A stretch of 32,000 bases of DNA, taken from positions 39,038-71,037 of the forward strand of contig JAFSUW010000027.1 in the NCBI GenBank assembly GCA_017450465.1, read 5' to 3'. Below are positions 1 to 8,094 of the stretch, in pieces. Position 1 is the stretch's first letter, and each line of letters begins with the position of its first letter. Below the pieces are notes generated by a model. It did no database searches. It saw only the letters and a program-made list of their open reading frames with translations, and had not been told where the DNA came from. The translations under genes were made by a program, and so were the position numbers. Origin of the DNA: Clostridia bacterium (lineage in GTDB: Bacteria; Bacillota; Clostridia; TANB77; RGIG9151).

Positions 1-55
1 TATAGAAATAGAAGTAGAGGGCTTTGAACATTAATTTGCGGGGAGGAAATAAAAC

Positions 56-1123
56 ATGGCAGAAGTATCTGTAAATGGTATAGCAGTAAAAAATAGACAA
101 GAAATACAAGAGGAGCTTATATCACATAATTTGTCAAAAGAAAAAGCAGAATCAGTGGCTAAGAAAATTACTGGATTTATACAAGTTTATCAAAAGACTC
201 ATGCTGCACAAAATGTAGAGATAACAATTGCTGACGACGAGAGCAATTTGATAAGCTTAAATATAGATGGTGCAATACTAAATATAGGAGGTAGAATAGT
301 AACCCCTAAAAAAGATGAAACACCAAAAGAAGTGTTAGTTGGTACGCTTGAAGATGAAATAGCAGTTTCAATGGAAATATTGGAAAAAGGTTTAGAAATG
401 AGGCGTGAAGCCCATGAAGCGAAGCTACCGGTGAAGACTAAAACTAGAGCAAATGACGAATTTGCATTAACACCAGTAAAGCAAAATGTGCTTACAAAGA
501 TAATAAATAAATTAAGAGAAATACTTAGTAAAATACATTTTACAAAGCCACAACAAGAAGCATTGATAAGAAGAATAACCTCAGCAAGAGAATGGGGCGA
601 CCATATAGATAGGTTCAAAGAAGAAAAACTAGAGCCAACACTTGAAAAAATTCTTACAAAACTTGCACAGGGTAAAGATGAGTTAGCAGTTCTTGCAAGT
701 AAGGCGTTAGATGCAGTGCATGAAACGGTTCAAGATACATTAGACACAGCAATAGAAAAGCAAGATGAGAAAGCAAAAAAGGCATCTAAAACACTAGATG
801 CATCACATAGAGAACTAGATGAAATGTTAAATGGTTTGTTACATCAAAAACTAGATTTAGAAGCAAAACTAAGTCGAATAACACAAAAACTAGAAGAAGC
901 AGAAAAAGTGGAATTAAGTGCAATAAAAGAAAATGAATTAAAAGTTGAAATGATAAAACTCGAAAAGGAATTAGAAAAATTAGAGAAGAAAATACAAAAA
1001 ATAGAGAACTCAAAAGAATACAAAAAAGTTGACGGAGCAATAAAAGGAAGCTTAAGATCAGTTAGAACGGCAAAAGCTACAAAAGAAGTGCTGGAAACGG
1101 TTAGAGAAGGCATGGATAGATAA
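56..1123 (+). CDS. hypothetical coiled-coil protein (355 aa), function unknown
   Basis: Long ORF with GGAGG (42-46) 9 nt upstream of the ATG. The C-terminal ~150 aa are K/E/L-rich and heptad-like (LEKELEKLEKKIQKIE). I recognise no catalytic motif. A hairpin terminator follows. Confidence 0.6.
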   Translation: MAEVSVNGIAVKNRQEIQEELISHNLSKEKAESVAKKITGFIQVYQKTHAAQNVEITIADDESNLISLNIDGAILNIGGRIVTPKKDETPKEVLVGTLEDEIAVSMEILEKGLEMRREAHEAKLPVKTKTRANDEFALTPVKQNVLTKIINKLREILSKIHFTKPQQEALIRRITSAREWGDHIDRFKEEKLEPTLEKILTKLAQGKDELAVLASKALDAVHETVQDTLDTAIEKQDEKAKKASKTLDASHRELDEMLNGLLHQKLDLEAKLSRITQKLEEAEKVELSAIKENELKVEMIKLEKELEKLEKKIQKIENSKEYKKVDGAIKGSLRSVRTAKATKEVLETVREGMDR

Positions 1124-1141
1124 ATAATGAGTTGAAAAAAA

Positions 1142-1171
1142 ATAAGACGGCATTTACCGTCTTATTTTTTT
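1142..1171. terminator. bidirectional intrinsic terminator between convergent genes
   Basis: 9-bp stem ATAAGACGG (1142-1150) / CCGTCTTAT (1157-1165) with a 6-nt loop. An A-run precedes it and a T-run follows it. Confidence 0.7.
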
Positions 1172-2156
1172 ATTCAACTATTGGTTCATCGCTATCTGTA
1201 CTACCAGCATCGGTTTTTGGATCAAGTAAATCAGTTTCATAAATACTCATAACATATTTTCCTTTATCAGGATTAAAATTAAATGTGATAAGTGATTTTT
1301 CAAGTGTTTCATCAATTTGCCTTAAATCTGTTGTGTAAAGGATGTTACAATCCTTAAGTACTACTTTATTTTTTGTAATAATCTTAAATATTTCAACCAT
1401 GTGGTCATCATCTTCACCAACTATAACAAGTTGTGGAACACGTTCAAACCCCGAATCTCTAATATTGAAATAATCGAAGAATTCAGAATAAAGACTCATT
1501 TTTGTAACAAGTTTATCTTCCCAACCATTGTCACGACGAACTGCTTCAAACATTAAATCTGTGTTTTTGCCACCTTTGTTAAGTGTAACAACACCACCAG
1601 AAACTTTAAAACGTATGTTTTGTTTTTTAGCCATCAACACTGGATCAACGACATAGTTTTTAAAATATTTTGCTTTCATCATATAAGCAATAATTACTTG
1701 GTTACCAGCAAGACGTTTTTTTATAAGATGAACTGGTTTTGTATTGTTTGTAGGCATCCAGTCAGTTCTAATTTCACGAGAGTTAAGTAAAAACTTACCT
1801 GCTTTTTCTAAGCAGTACACTCTATATATTCCATTACCTTCATCACTCTTAAAGTAGTATCTAGAAACGGCACGTGCCTTAATTAAATTTTCAAGACGTG
1901 CGTTTACTTTGTTTTGATCTTTAATTTCGATACCTTTAAGTTGAAGGAGTTGATAGATTTGTCTTGATGTAATAAATTCAAATTTACTAATTAGCTCAAG
2001 CATTTCAAAGTGCAATTCATGTACGTATCCCATATCAACCATGAAAACTGCTTGGCTTACTGAAGAATATCCGGCTTTGCCATCGAAAACCTTCTCTTCA
2101 TTTGGACGCATCGCAAATGGCGATTTCGTCGCTTTAACTTCATTGTCATTAATCAT
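1170..2156 (-). CDS. putative winged-helix protein, replication-relaxation-like (328 aa)
   Basis: GGAGGG RBS 8 nt upstream of the ATG. The N-terminal segment LHFEMLELISKFEFITSRQIYQLLQLKG fits the wHTH pattern I remember for replication-relaxation family proteins of Gram-positive plasmids and ICEs. The assignment is from memory only. Confidence 0.4.
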   Translation of the reverse strand: MINDNEVKATKSPFAMRPNEEKVFDGKAGYSSVSQAVFMVDMGYVHELHFEMLELISKFEFITSRQIYQLLQLKGIEIKDQNKVNARLENLIKARAVSRYYFKSDEGNGIYRVYCLEKAGKFLLNSREIRTDWMPTNNTKPVHLIKKRLAGNQVIIAYMMKAKYFKNYVVDPVLMAKKQNIRFKVSGGVVTLNKGGKNTDLMFEAVRRDNGWEDKLVTKMSLYSEFFDYFNIRDSGFERVPQLVIVGEDDDHMVEIFKIITKNKVVLKDCNILYTTDLRQIDETLEKSLITFNFNPDKGKYVMSIYETDLLDPKTDAGSTDSDEPIVE

Positions 2157-2189
2157 AATTATGACCCTCCATATTTTTATACATTATAG

Positions 2190-2224
2190 CCTTCCCCTTG
2201 AGGGGAAGGTGTCCGAAGGACGGA
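2190..2224 (-). promoter_or_regulatory. two adjacent GC-rich stem-loops abutting a TATAAT box
   Basis: CCTTCCCC (2190-2197) / GGGGAAGG (2202-2209) with a 4-nt loop, then GTCC (2211-2214) / GGAC (2218-2221). No U-run follows on either strand. On the minus strand a TATAAT (2183-2188) follows immediately, ~27 nt upstream of the 1170..2156 start. Possibly the end of the S1 transcript and/or an operator. Confidence 0.4.
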
Positions 2225-2244
2225 TGAGGTGTAAAATTTCACAT

Positions 2245-3069
2245 CTATCCAACAATAACTAATTTAATTTTTTTCTTTTCAGGAATAATCTTTTTGATAA
2301 ATACGCTAACTCTTTCACCATATTCAACACCTGGTTTGTGGTCAGCAAGCCCAACTAGGTTTGGCCTTAGCTCAACGAAAATACCGTTTTTCTCACGAGC
2401 ACGAGCAATACCAATAACGGTAGTACCTTCTTTAAAATCTTTTATATTATCTTCCCATGTACCGAGTAATTCTTTATGGGTAAGAATAATCTTTCCTGTA
2501 TCTTTTTCAAAAGATTTAACCATAACTTTGATTTTATCACCAATTTTAAATCTTTCTGATGGGTGCATGATACGAGCAACAGAAATATCTTCAATATGTA
2601 GAAGCCCTGTTACACCACCACCAACATCTATAAAAACGCCATATTGTTCCATGTTACGAACAATACCGCTTAAAACCATTCCTTCTTTTAAGTTTTCGTA
2701 CATCCAATTCTTAACTTCTATTTCAACATCCTTCCTTGAAAGGATGACATTAATTTCACCATTATCTAGAGTTTTTATCTCTTTTATTTTAAATTGAACT
2801 TTTTTATTAACTTTTGTTATAGAAGCAACTGGCATTGGTAATCCGTCACGACCAACAGTAGCACTAACTTCAGCTCTTGGCACGATACCTTTAATGCCAT
2901 CTAAATCAACATACAAATTAAAATCTGCATCAGCCATAGTAACAACGCCCTCTAAGGTTTCGTTATTAGCCATTGCCTCTTTCAAAAAATTTAGTTTCTT
3001 TGTTAATTCACTGTCCTGTTCGTTTTCCGTAAAGTCCCATCCTTCAGGCAAAAATCTTTGTTCTTCCAT
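2245..3069 (-). CDS. S1 RNA-binding domain protein (3 S1-like repeats, 274 aa)
   Basis: Start moved to MEEQRF (ATG at 3069), which has AAAGGAGG upstream. One canonical S1 motif (GMVLSGIVRNMEQYGVFIDVGGGVTGLLHISE-like) sits between two more S1-like repeats. Confidence 0.8.
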   Translation of the reverse strand: MEEQRFLPEGWDFTENEQDSELTKKLNFLKEAMANNETLEGVVTMADADFNLYVDLDGIKGIVPRAEVSATVGRDGLPMPVASITKVNKKVQFKIKEIKTLDNGEINVILSRKDVEIEVKNWMYENLKEGMVLSGIVRNMEQYGVFIDVGGGVTGLLHIEDISVARIMHPSERFKIGDKIKVMVKSFEKDTGKIILTHKELLGTWEDNIKDFKEGTTVIGIARAREKNGIFVELRPNLVGLADHKPGVEYGERVSVFIKKIIPEKKKIKLVIVG

Positions 3070-3288
3070 TGTGGTTCCTCCTTTTAAACATCTTTTAAAT
3101 TTTACAATCCTTTTCAAAAATATTATATATTATATATCGGAAATGTCAAATAAAAAATAACAACAAAATTCGATATTTTTTGAGGAGATAAATTTTTAAA
3201 AATAACTAATGTTTTTTTCAACTTAACCGATATTTGTATTGTGATTGTAGTGCCAAGTTGACAATTTTTAATTTTTTTCGTTTAAATA

Positions 3289-3317
3289 TTGCCAAAAATA
3301 CAGTGTTAGTGTATAAT
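3289..3317 (+). promoter_or_regulatory. sigmaA-type promoter of the T4SS operon
   Basis: TTGCCA (3289-3294), 17-nt spacer, TATAAT (3312-3317), ~57 nt upstream of the first pilin ATG. Confidence 0.55.
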
Positions 3318-3373
3318 ATAATTAAGAATTTTATGTCTAACAGAGCAATCCGCCTATAGTAAGGAGGGATAAC

Positions 3374-3856
3374 ATGAGAAAATTTGTATGTATTTTGCTA
3401 GCACTTATGGTTTTTATGGTGTCGTTTACGTCATTTGCTGTGGAAGAAGTGGTAGTAAATGATGGTGGCGCTGCAGGTGGTGGCGGTAATGGTAGCGATA
3501 ACAGTGATCCTAATGGTAGCAATAATAGCAACTCTACTAGTACGATTGCAGCTCCACAACCCCAAGGTGGTGGCGAAGATTTCTTTGCAGCAGGTAATCC
3601 AAATGAAATTTATGCGATTATCGATAATGATCATGGACCAATTCAATACATAGCGTCAATAGTTAACTTAGTAGCAGTTTTTGTTGCCATAATAGTTGTT
3701 GCAATATATGGTATACAATGGTTAACAGCAAATGCAGCACAAAAGCAACAATTAAAAGCATCACTTGCACCAATGTTGGTAGGCGTGTTTTTAATAGTTG
3801 TAGGCCCAAGATTTGCAATGGCAATTATAAGAACTGTCATTTCGGCAGCACATTAG
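3374..3856 (+). CDS. VirB2/TrbC-like T4SS pilin paralogue 1 (160 aa), with a G/N/S-rich insert
   Basis: AAGGAGGG RBS. Signal peptide ending FTSFA|VEE, a low-complexity G/N/S segment, then two hydrophobic helices flanking GIQWLTANAAQKQQLKASL. This parallels GVQWVMAPPAKKQELKGKL in the next two genes. Confidence 0.6.
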   Translation: MRKFVCILLALMVFMVSFTSFAVEEVVVNDGGAAGGGGNGSDNSDPNGSNNSNSTSTIAAPQPQGGGEDFFAAGNPNEIYAIIDNDHGPIQYIASIVNLVAVFVAIIVVAIYGIQWLTANAAQKQQLKASLAPMLVGVFLIVVGPRFAMAIIRTVISAAH

Positions 3857-3920
3857 TTTTGGTTATTATAGTTAATATAAACTATTAATAAATAATATAT
3901 AATATATAGGAGGTTTTTTT

Positions 3921-4331
3921 ATGAAAAAGTTTTTGAAAATTTTAGTAGTAGCAGTAGTAGCAGTAATGTTAATATGTAGTTTCGCATTAGCAAGCAATCC
4001 ATTCGATGTTGGCAGCAACAATGGTGGAGAAATAGGTACTGCAGTAACAAATGTTGGTCAAACAGCAATAGGTGTTGTACAAACAATAGGCTATATTATG
4101 GCAGTATTCATGGTAATTTGGACAGGTGTGCAATGGGTAATGGCACCACCAGCAAAGAAACAAGAATTAAAGGGTAAACTATGGAACATAGTAATAGGTG
4201 CAGTTTTAATAGTTGGAGCCGTTACATTATTAGGTTTAGTAAACAAAACATTTAATGGTTTAAATTTAGATACTGCAAATCCAACGCAAACACAAAATAA
4301 TCAAGATAATGCACAGCCAGATCAAGGTTAA
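3921..4331 (+). CDS. VirB2/TrbC-like T4SS pilin paralogue 2 (136 aa)
   Basis: TAGGAGG RBS. Signal peptide MKKFLKILVVAVVAVMLICSFALA, two TM helices separated by a short basic loop, and a Q/N-rich C-terminal tail. Confidence 0.65.
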   Translation: MKKFLKILVVAVVAVMLICSFALASNPFDVGSNNGGEIGTAVTNVGQTAIGVVQTIGYIMAVFMVIWTGVQWVMAPPAKKQELKGKLWNIVIGAVLIVGAVTLLGLVNKTFNGLNLDTANPTQTQNNQDNAQPDQG

Positions 4332-4374
4332 CTAAATAGTTTTTCTATTGCATAATAATATAGGAGGTTTTTAT

Positions 4375-4734
4375 ATGAAGAAGTTTTTGAAAATTTTAGT
4401 AGTAGCAGTAGTAGCAGTAATGTTAATAAGTAGTTTCGCATTTGCTAACAATGATAATCCATTTGCTGGATACGATGGTGGCAATGGCGGAGAAATAGGA
4501 ACAGCAGTAACTAATATTGGTCAAACAGCAATAGGTGTTGTACAAACAATAGGTTACATTATGGCAGTATTCATGGTAATTTGGACAGGTGTACAATGGG
4601 TAATGGCACCGCCAGCAAAGAAACAAGAATTAAAAGGTAAACTATGGAACATAGTAATAGGTGCAGTTTTAATAGTTGGAGCAGTTACATTATTAGGTTT
4701 AGTAGCTAGAACATTTAATGGATTAAACTTATAA
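4375..4734 (+). CDS. VirB2/TrbC-like T4SS pilin paralogue 3 (119 aa)
   Basis: Start moved to ATG 4375, preceded by TAGGAGG (4361-4367). The 73-aa core differs from paralogue 2 by one residue (V/I). Confidence 0.65.
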   Translation: MKKFLKILVVAVVAVMLISSFAFANNDNPFAGYDGGNGGEIGTAVTNIGQTAIGVVQTIGYIMAVFMVIWTGVQWVMAPPAKKQELKGKLWNIVIGAVLIVGAVTLLGLVARTFNGLNL

Positions 4735-4743
4735 TAATCTTAA

Positions 4744-4772
4744 TTTAGGCGATAGTTTTTCTATCGCCTAAA
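4744..4772 (+). terminator. strong stem-loop after the pilin genes (possible partial terminator or attenuator)
   Basis: 12-bp stem TTTAGGCGATAG / CTATCGCCTAAA with a TTTTT loop. The downstream sequence is A/T-rich but has no clean U-run. The RBS of the next gene follows within 15 nt. Confidence 0.5.
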
Positions 4773-4792
4773 TAATAATGTAGGAGGTAACA

Positions 4793-5131
4793 ATGAACAC
4801 ATATCTTATACCTCGAGAAATGAAGGATGAAAATAGATTCCTTATATTTTCAAAAGAGTCGTTAATATTTTTTTTGATAGGTGTATTAATTGGCGCAATA
4901 GTATATAGTCCGTTTTATCTAATATATGCGATTAATCCAAAACTTGGAGCAGTAAAAGTAATAGGCGTAATAATTTGGATAGTGATAACAATAATTGCTT
5001 GGGCTTTAGGTGCGTTTGATTTACCAGAAACAAATGCTTTTGAGTTTTTGAAAAAAGCAGGTGGAGAAAAGTTATTCGATATTATAAAACGAGTAATGCA
5101 TTTTAGAAAGAACAGAAAAATTTATTATTAG
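4793..5131 (+). CDS. PrgI-family / VirB3-like small membrane protein (112 aa)
   Basis: GGAGG RBS. The N-terminus IPREMKDENRFLIFSKESLIFFLIG and the two TM helices fit the remembered PrgI pattern. It lies directly upstream of the VirB4 region. Confidence 0.6.
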   Translation: MNTYLIPREMKDENRFLIFSKESLIFFLIGVLIGAIVYSPFYLIYAINPKLGAVKVIGVIIWIVITIIAWALGAFDLPETNAFEFLKKAGGEKLFDIIKRVMHFRKNRKIYY

Positions 5132-5145
5132 GACGGTGTGAATAA

Positions 5146-6108
5146 ATGTCAACTCTTGATAATTTAACATTTATCATCAGAATAGCTGTGACAGTGCTTA
5201 TAGCACTTGCGGGAGGTATATGCGCGGCAGTTTATTTTTCTTCAAAGAATAAGAAAAATAACCCTGGGCAAACCGAGACGAAGAAAAAGACCATAGATCC
5301 TAATGTAGCAAAAGACAAAATAGCAAGTTTTTTACCATTCGATTCAATAGAAGATGATATGATTGTAATGGACAAAGGCGATAAATATGTAATGCTCGTA
5401 GAAGCAGAAGGAATAAATTATCACCTAATGTCAGATGCTGAAAAAGATTCAGTAGAGGCTGGTTTTATACAGCTACTCAATTCAATTAGATTTCCAATAC
5501 AAATTTATGTACAAACAACGGCTGTAAACTTAGAAAGCAGCTTAGATCAATATAGGGATAGATTAAAAGCAATGGAAGAAAACCTTGTAAACCGTGCAAA
5601 AAATTTACAAGATCTTATAAAAAAAGGTGAAACTCCAAGAGAAGAACTTGATTTGTATCAATTAGAAGTAAGAGGTTTACAAAATGTATATGAATATACA
5701 AGTGATTTAATAACTAATATAGAAAGTGTTACCCTAAATAGATGGATATTGAAAAAACACTACTATATTGCAGTACCATACAATGTAGTAGAAATGGGTA
5801 TTATAAATAAATTTTCACCACAAGAAATGCATGAAATGGCTCGCCGTGAATTAGAAACAAGAACACAGAGTGTAATTCAGGGCTTGCTTTCAGCGGGTGT
5901 AGAAGGAAAGATAGTAGAAACAGACGATTTAACACAAGTTATATACTCTATATTAAATAGAGACGATGCAAATATATACAATAACAAAAAAGCTAAAGAA
6001 TCAGAATTTGATGCTTTATTTACAACTACACCAAAAGCTCATGCAGATTCATTAAACAATGAAAACAAGAGTGTAGTAAATAGCGATTTATTTAAATTTG
6101 ACTATTAA
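5146..6108 (+). CDS. membrane-anchored protein resembling a VirB4 N-terminal domain, no ATPase motifs (320 aa)
   Basis: One N-terminal TM helix (IIRIAVTVLIALAGGICAAVYF). The segment FLPFDSIEDDMIVMDKGDKYVMLVEAEGINYHLMSDAEKDSVEAGFIQLLNSIRFPIQIYVQT matches the N-terminal pattern I remember from Tn916 Orf16/TcpF-type VirB4 proteins. No Walker motifs. Confidence 0.4.
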   Translation: MSTLDNLTFIIRIAVTVLIALAGGICAAVYFSSKNKKNNPGQTETKKKTIDPNVAKDKIASFLPFDSIEDDMIVMDKGDKYVMLVEAEGINYHLMSDAEKDSVEAGFIQLLNSIRFPIQIYVQTTAVNLESSLDQYRDRLKAMEENLVNRAKNLQDLIKKGETPREELDLYQLEVRGLQNVYEYTSDLITNIESVTLNRWILKKHYYIAVPYNVVEMGIINKFSPQEMHEMARRELETRTQSVIQGLLSAGVEGKIVETDDLTQVIYSILNRDDANIYNNKKAKESEFDALFTTTPKAHADSLNNENKSVVNSDLFKFDY

Positions 6109-6125
6109 TTAAGGAGGTACTTCAT

Positions 6126-8072
6126 ATGTTTTTTAAGAATGATGAAGAAGAAGTGCCAATGATGCCAGAAAATATGACTATGGCATTGTTAGATGAAGGG
6201 GAGAACGTATTAAAGAAAAATGTAGCAGTAGCAAATGATATAATTTTACCTTCAGGAATAGATGCGACAAATTATGACCACATCGAAATTTTTTCAAAAG
6301 TAGCAAGATATACAAGAACATTTTACATATCTTCTGTCCCACGTATGGCAACCTTCGTAGATTTTCTAGAATCTATGTATGATTTTGGCGATATAAATGT
6401 ATCTGTACATATAGAGCCAATTGATGAAGCGGAATCACAAAAATCATTAAATAAGTATTTATCAGACGTAGAGTCTGAAATGATAGATGCAAATAAAAAA
6501 GGTGATAACAATCGTTATGCCGACTTAAACTTAAAGCATAGTGAAGCAGATAGAATAAGAAATGAAATCGCTTCTGGTTTTAATAAGCTTTATGATGTTT
6601 CAGTAATATGTACATTATATGCTTATTCATTAGAAGAGTTAGATAAGGCATCTGAAATGCTTGCTATGGAAATGGGTAAAAAGTTAATTACCTTAAAAAC
6701 AGCGTGGGCAATGCAAGAAGATGCATTCAAATCAAATATGCCTCTTTGCACAAACAAGATAAAGAAAAAGCATACATTTGATAAATCATCTGCATCTACA
6801 GTATTCCCATTTACATCAACAGAAATAGGACATCCATCTGGAATTCCTATTGGTTTTAATGCGCAAACAGGTGTGCCAATTTTATTTGATAACTTCCACT
6901 CATCACTAACTAACTACAACATGGTTGTATTTGGTAAGTCTGGTGCTGGTAAAGGTGTTACAATAAAAGTATTATCCGCACGTTCATCTGTTTTAATGGG
7001 TATTGAAACATTAGCACTTGATGCAGAAGGTGAATATGGTGTTGTAGCAGAAGCATTAGGTGGTGTAAATGTCGTAATAAGTCCTACATCAAAAACAGTT
7101 ATAAATTTATTTGATGTTGAGCCAGAAATAATAAAAGATGAAATTACAGGACGTGAACGTACTGTACTTAATATAGAAAACAAAGTAGAAGATATAACAC
7201 AAGCGCTTCTTACAATGGCACGTGGTTCTACAAAAAGTAGAGAAGTAAACGAACTTACAAAACAGATAATATCTGAATCAGTTATTGAAGAATATCATGA
7301 GCGTGGCATAGATAATGAGGTATCATCATTATTTACAGTAAGAGAAGGTATAAGAGTTAGAAAAGAATTACCAACAATATCAAGTTGGTACCACAGACTT
7401 TGTACTAAAGCAGAAGAAAATACAAATGATGATTACAGTTATCAATATAGTTACTTGGTAAAAGTAATGAAACAATATTTAAGAGAGTACAATGGTTCAA
7501 TGGCATATTTTGATGGTCAATCAACATTTAACTTAAATGATGGATTACCTTTTATAAATCTAGACATATCACAGTTGGAAGAGCGTTTTGCAAGACCTCT
7601 TGCACAACAAATTCTTATGTCATGGATTTGGGAAAAATATGTTAAGAAAAATAGCGAAGATAAATCAAAAGCACGTAAAAAGCGTGTAATTGTTGATGAG
7701 GCGTGGATGTTACTTCCATACCCAGAGGCCGTAGATTTCTTAAATACAATGGCAAGACGTGCAAGAAAAAGAAATGTATCTTTGGCAGTAGTTTCACAAA
7801 AATTCCAAGACTTCTATGAAACAAAAGAAGCACAAGCAGTTTTAACATCTTCAGAAACAAAGTTATTCTTAGCACAAGATAAAGCAGAAATAGAATATTT
7901 AAAAGATGTATTTAAATTAAGTTCAGGTGAAGCAAGTTTCTTATCTACTTGTACGCGTGGACAGGGCTTATTAAAAGTAGGTAATTCGACGGCAATTATT
8001 CAAATAGTACCTACAGAAAAAGAATTTGAGTTTGTTGAAACAAACTTAAATAAATTAATAGAAAAAGAGTAA
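6126..8072 (+). CDS. VirB4-family T4SS ATPase (648 aa)
   Basis: AAGGAGG RBS. Walker A VVFGKSGAGKGV, DAEGEY motif, Walker B RVIVDEAWML. The N-terminal domain has the RTFYISSVP...INVSVHIEP pattern typical of TrsE/VirB4. Confidence 0.9.
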   Translation: MFFKNDEEEVPMMPENMTMALLDEGENVLKKNVAVANDIILPSGIDATNYDHIEIFSKVARYTRTFYISSVPRMATFVDFLESMYDFGDINVSVHIEPIDEAESQKSLNKYLSDVESEMIDANKKGDNNRYADLNLKHSEADRIRNEIASGFNKLYDVSVICTLYAYSLEELDKASEMLAMEMGKKLITLKTAWAMQEDAFKSNMPLCTNKIKKKHTFDKSSASTVFPFTSTEIGHPSGIPIGFNAQTGVPILFDNFHSSLTNYNMVVFGKSGAGKGVTIKVLSARSSVLMGIETLALDAEGEYGVVAEALGGVNVVISPTSKTVINLFDVEPEIIKDEITGRERTVLNIENKVEDITQALLTMARGSTKSREVNELTKQIISESVIEEYHERGIDNEVSSLFTVREGIRVRKELPTISSWYHRLCTKAEENTNDDYSYQYSYLVKVMKQYLREYNGSMAYFDGQSTFNLNDGLPFINLDISQLEERFARPLAQQILMSWIWEKYVKKNSEDKSKARKKRVIVDEAWMLLPYPEAVDFLNTMARRARKRNVSLAVVSQKFQDFYETKEAQAVLTSSETKLFLAQDKAEIEYLKDVFKLSSGEASFLSTCTRGQGLLKVGNSTAIIQIVPTEKEFEFVETNLNKLIEKE

Positions 8073-8094
8073 ATTCGCCGAACGGGGTGATAAA

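Larger units (their letters stand above)
3905..4772 (+). repeat. tandem duplication of a pilin gene unit (~450 bp x2)
   Basis: RBS, signal peptide, core and the downstream ATAGTTTTTCTAT hairpin motif all occur twice. The copy at 4335-4349 is degenerate and the copy at 4744-4772 is intact. The core has 10 synonymous and 1 non-synonymous difference over 73 codons by hand alignment. Confidence 0.85.

Noticed and set aside
199-1113. Three minus-strand ORFs (139, 84 and 89 aa) inside the coiled-coil gene
   Set aside because: They are antisense artefacts of a K/E-rich gene (F/L/S-rich translations) with no start signals.
2041-3160. Plus-strand ORFs of 73, 167 and 88 aa overlapping the replication-relaxation-like and S1 genes
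   Set aside because: They are antisense to CDSs with clear domain content and lack an RBS.
3921-4734. The two near-identical pilin copies as a DGR template/variable repeat pair
   Set aside because: The differences are not adenine-specific (t>a, c>t, g>a, a>g and c>a were all seen) and are mostly synonymous. No reverse transcriptase is nearby.
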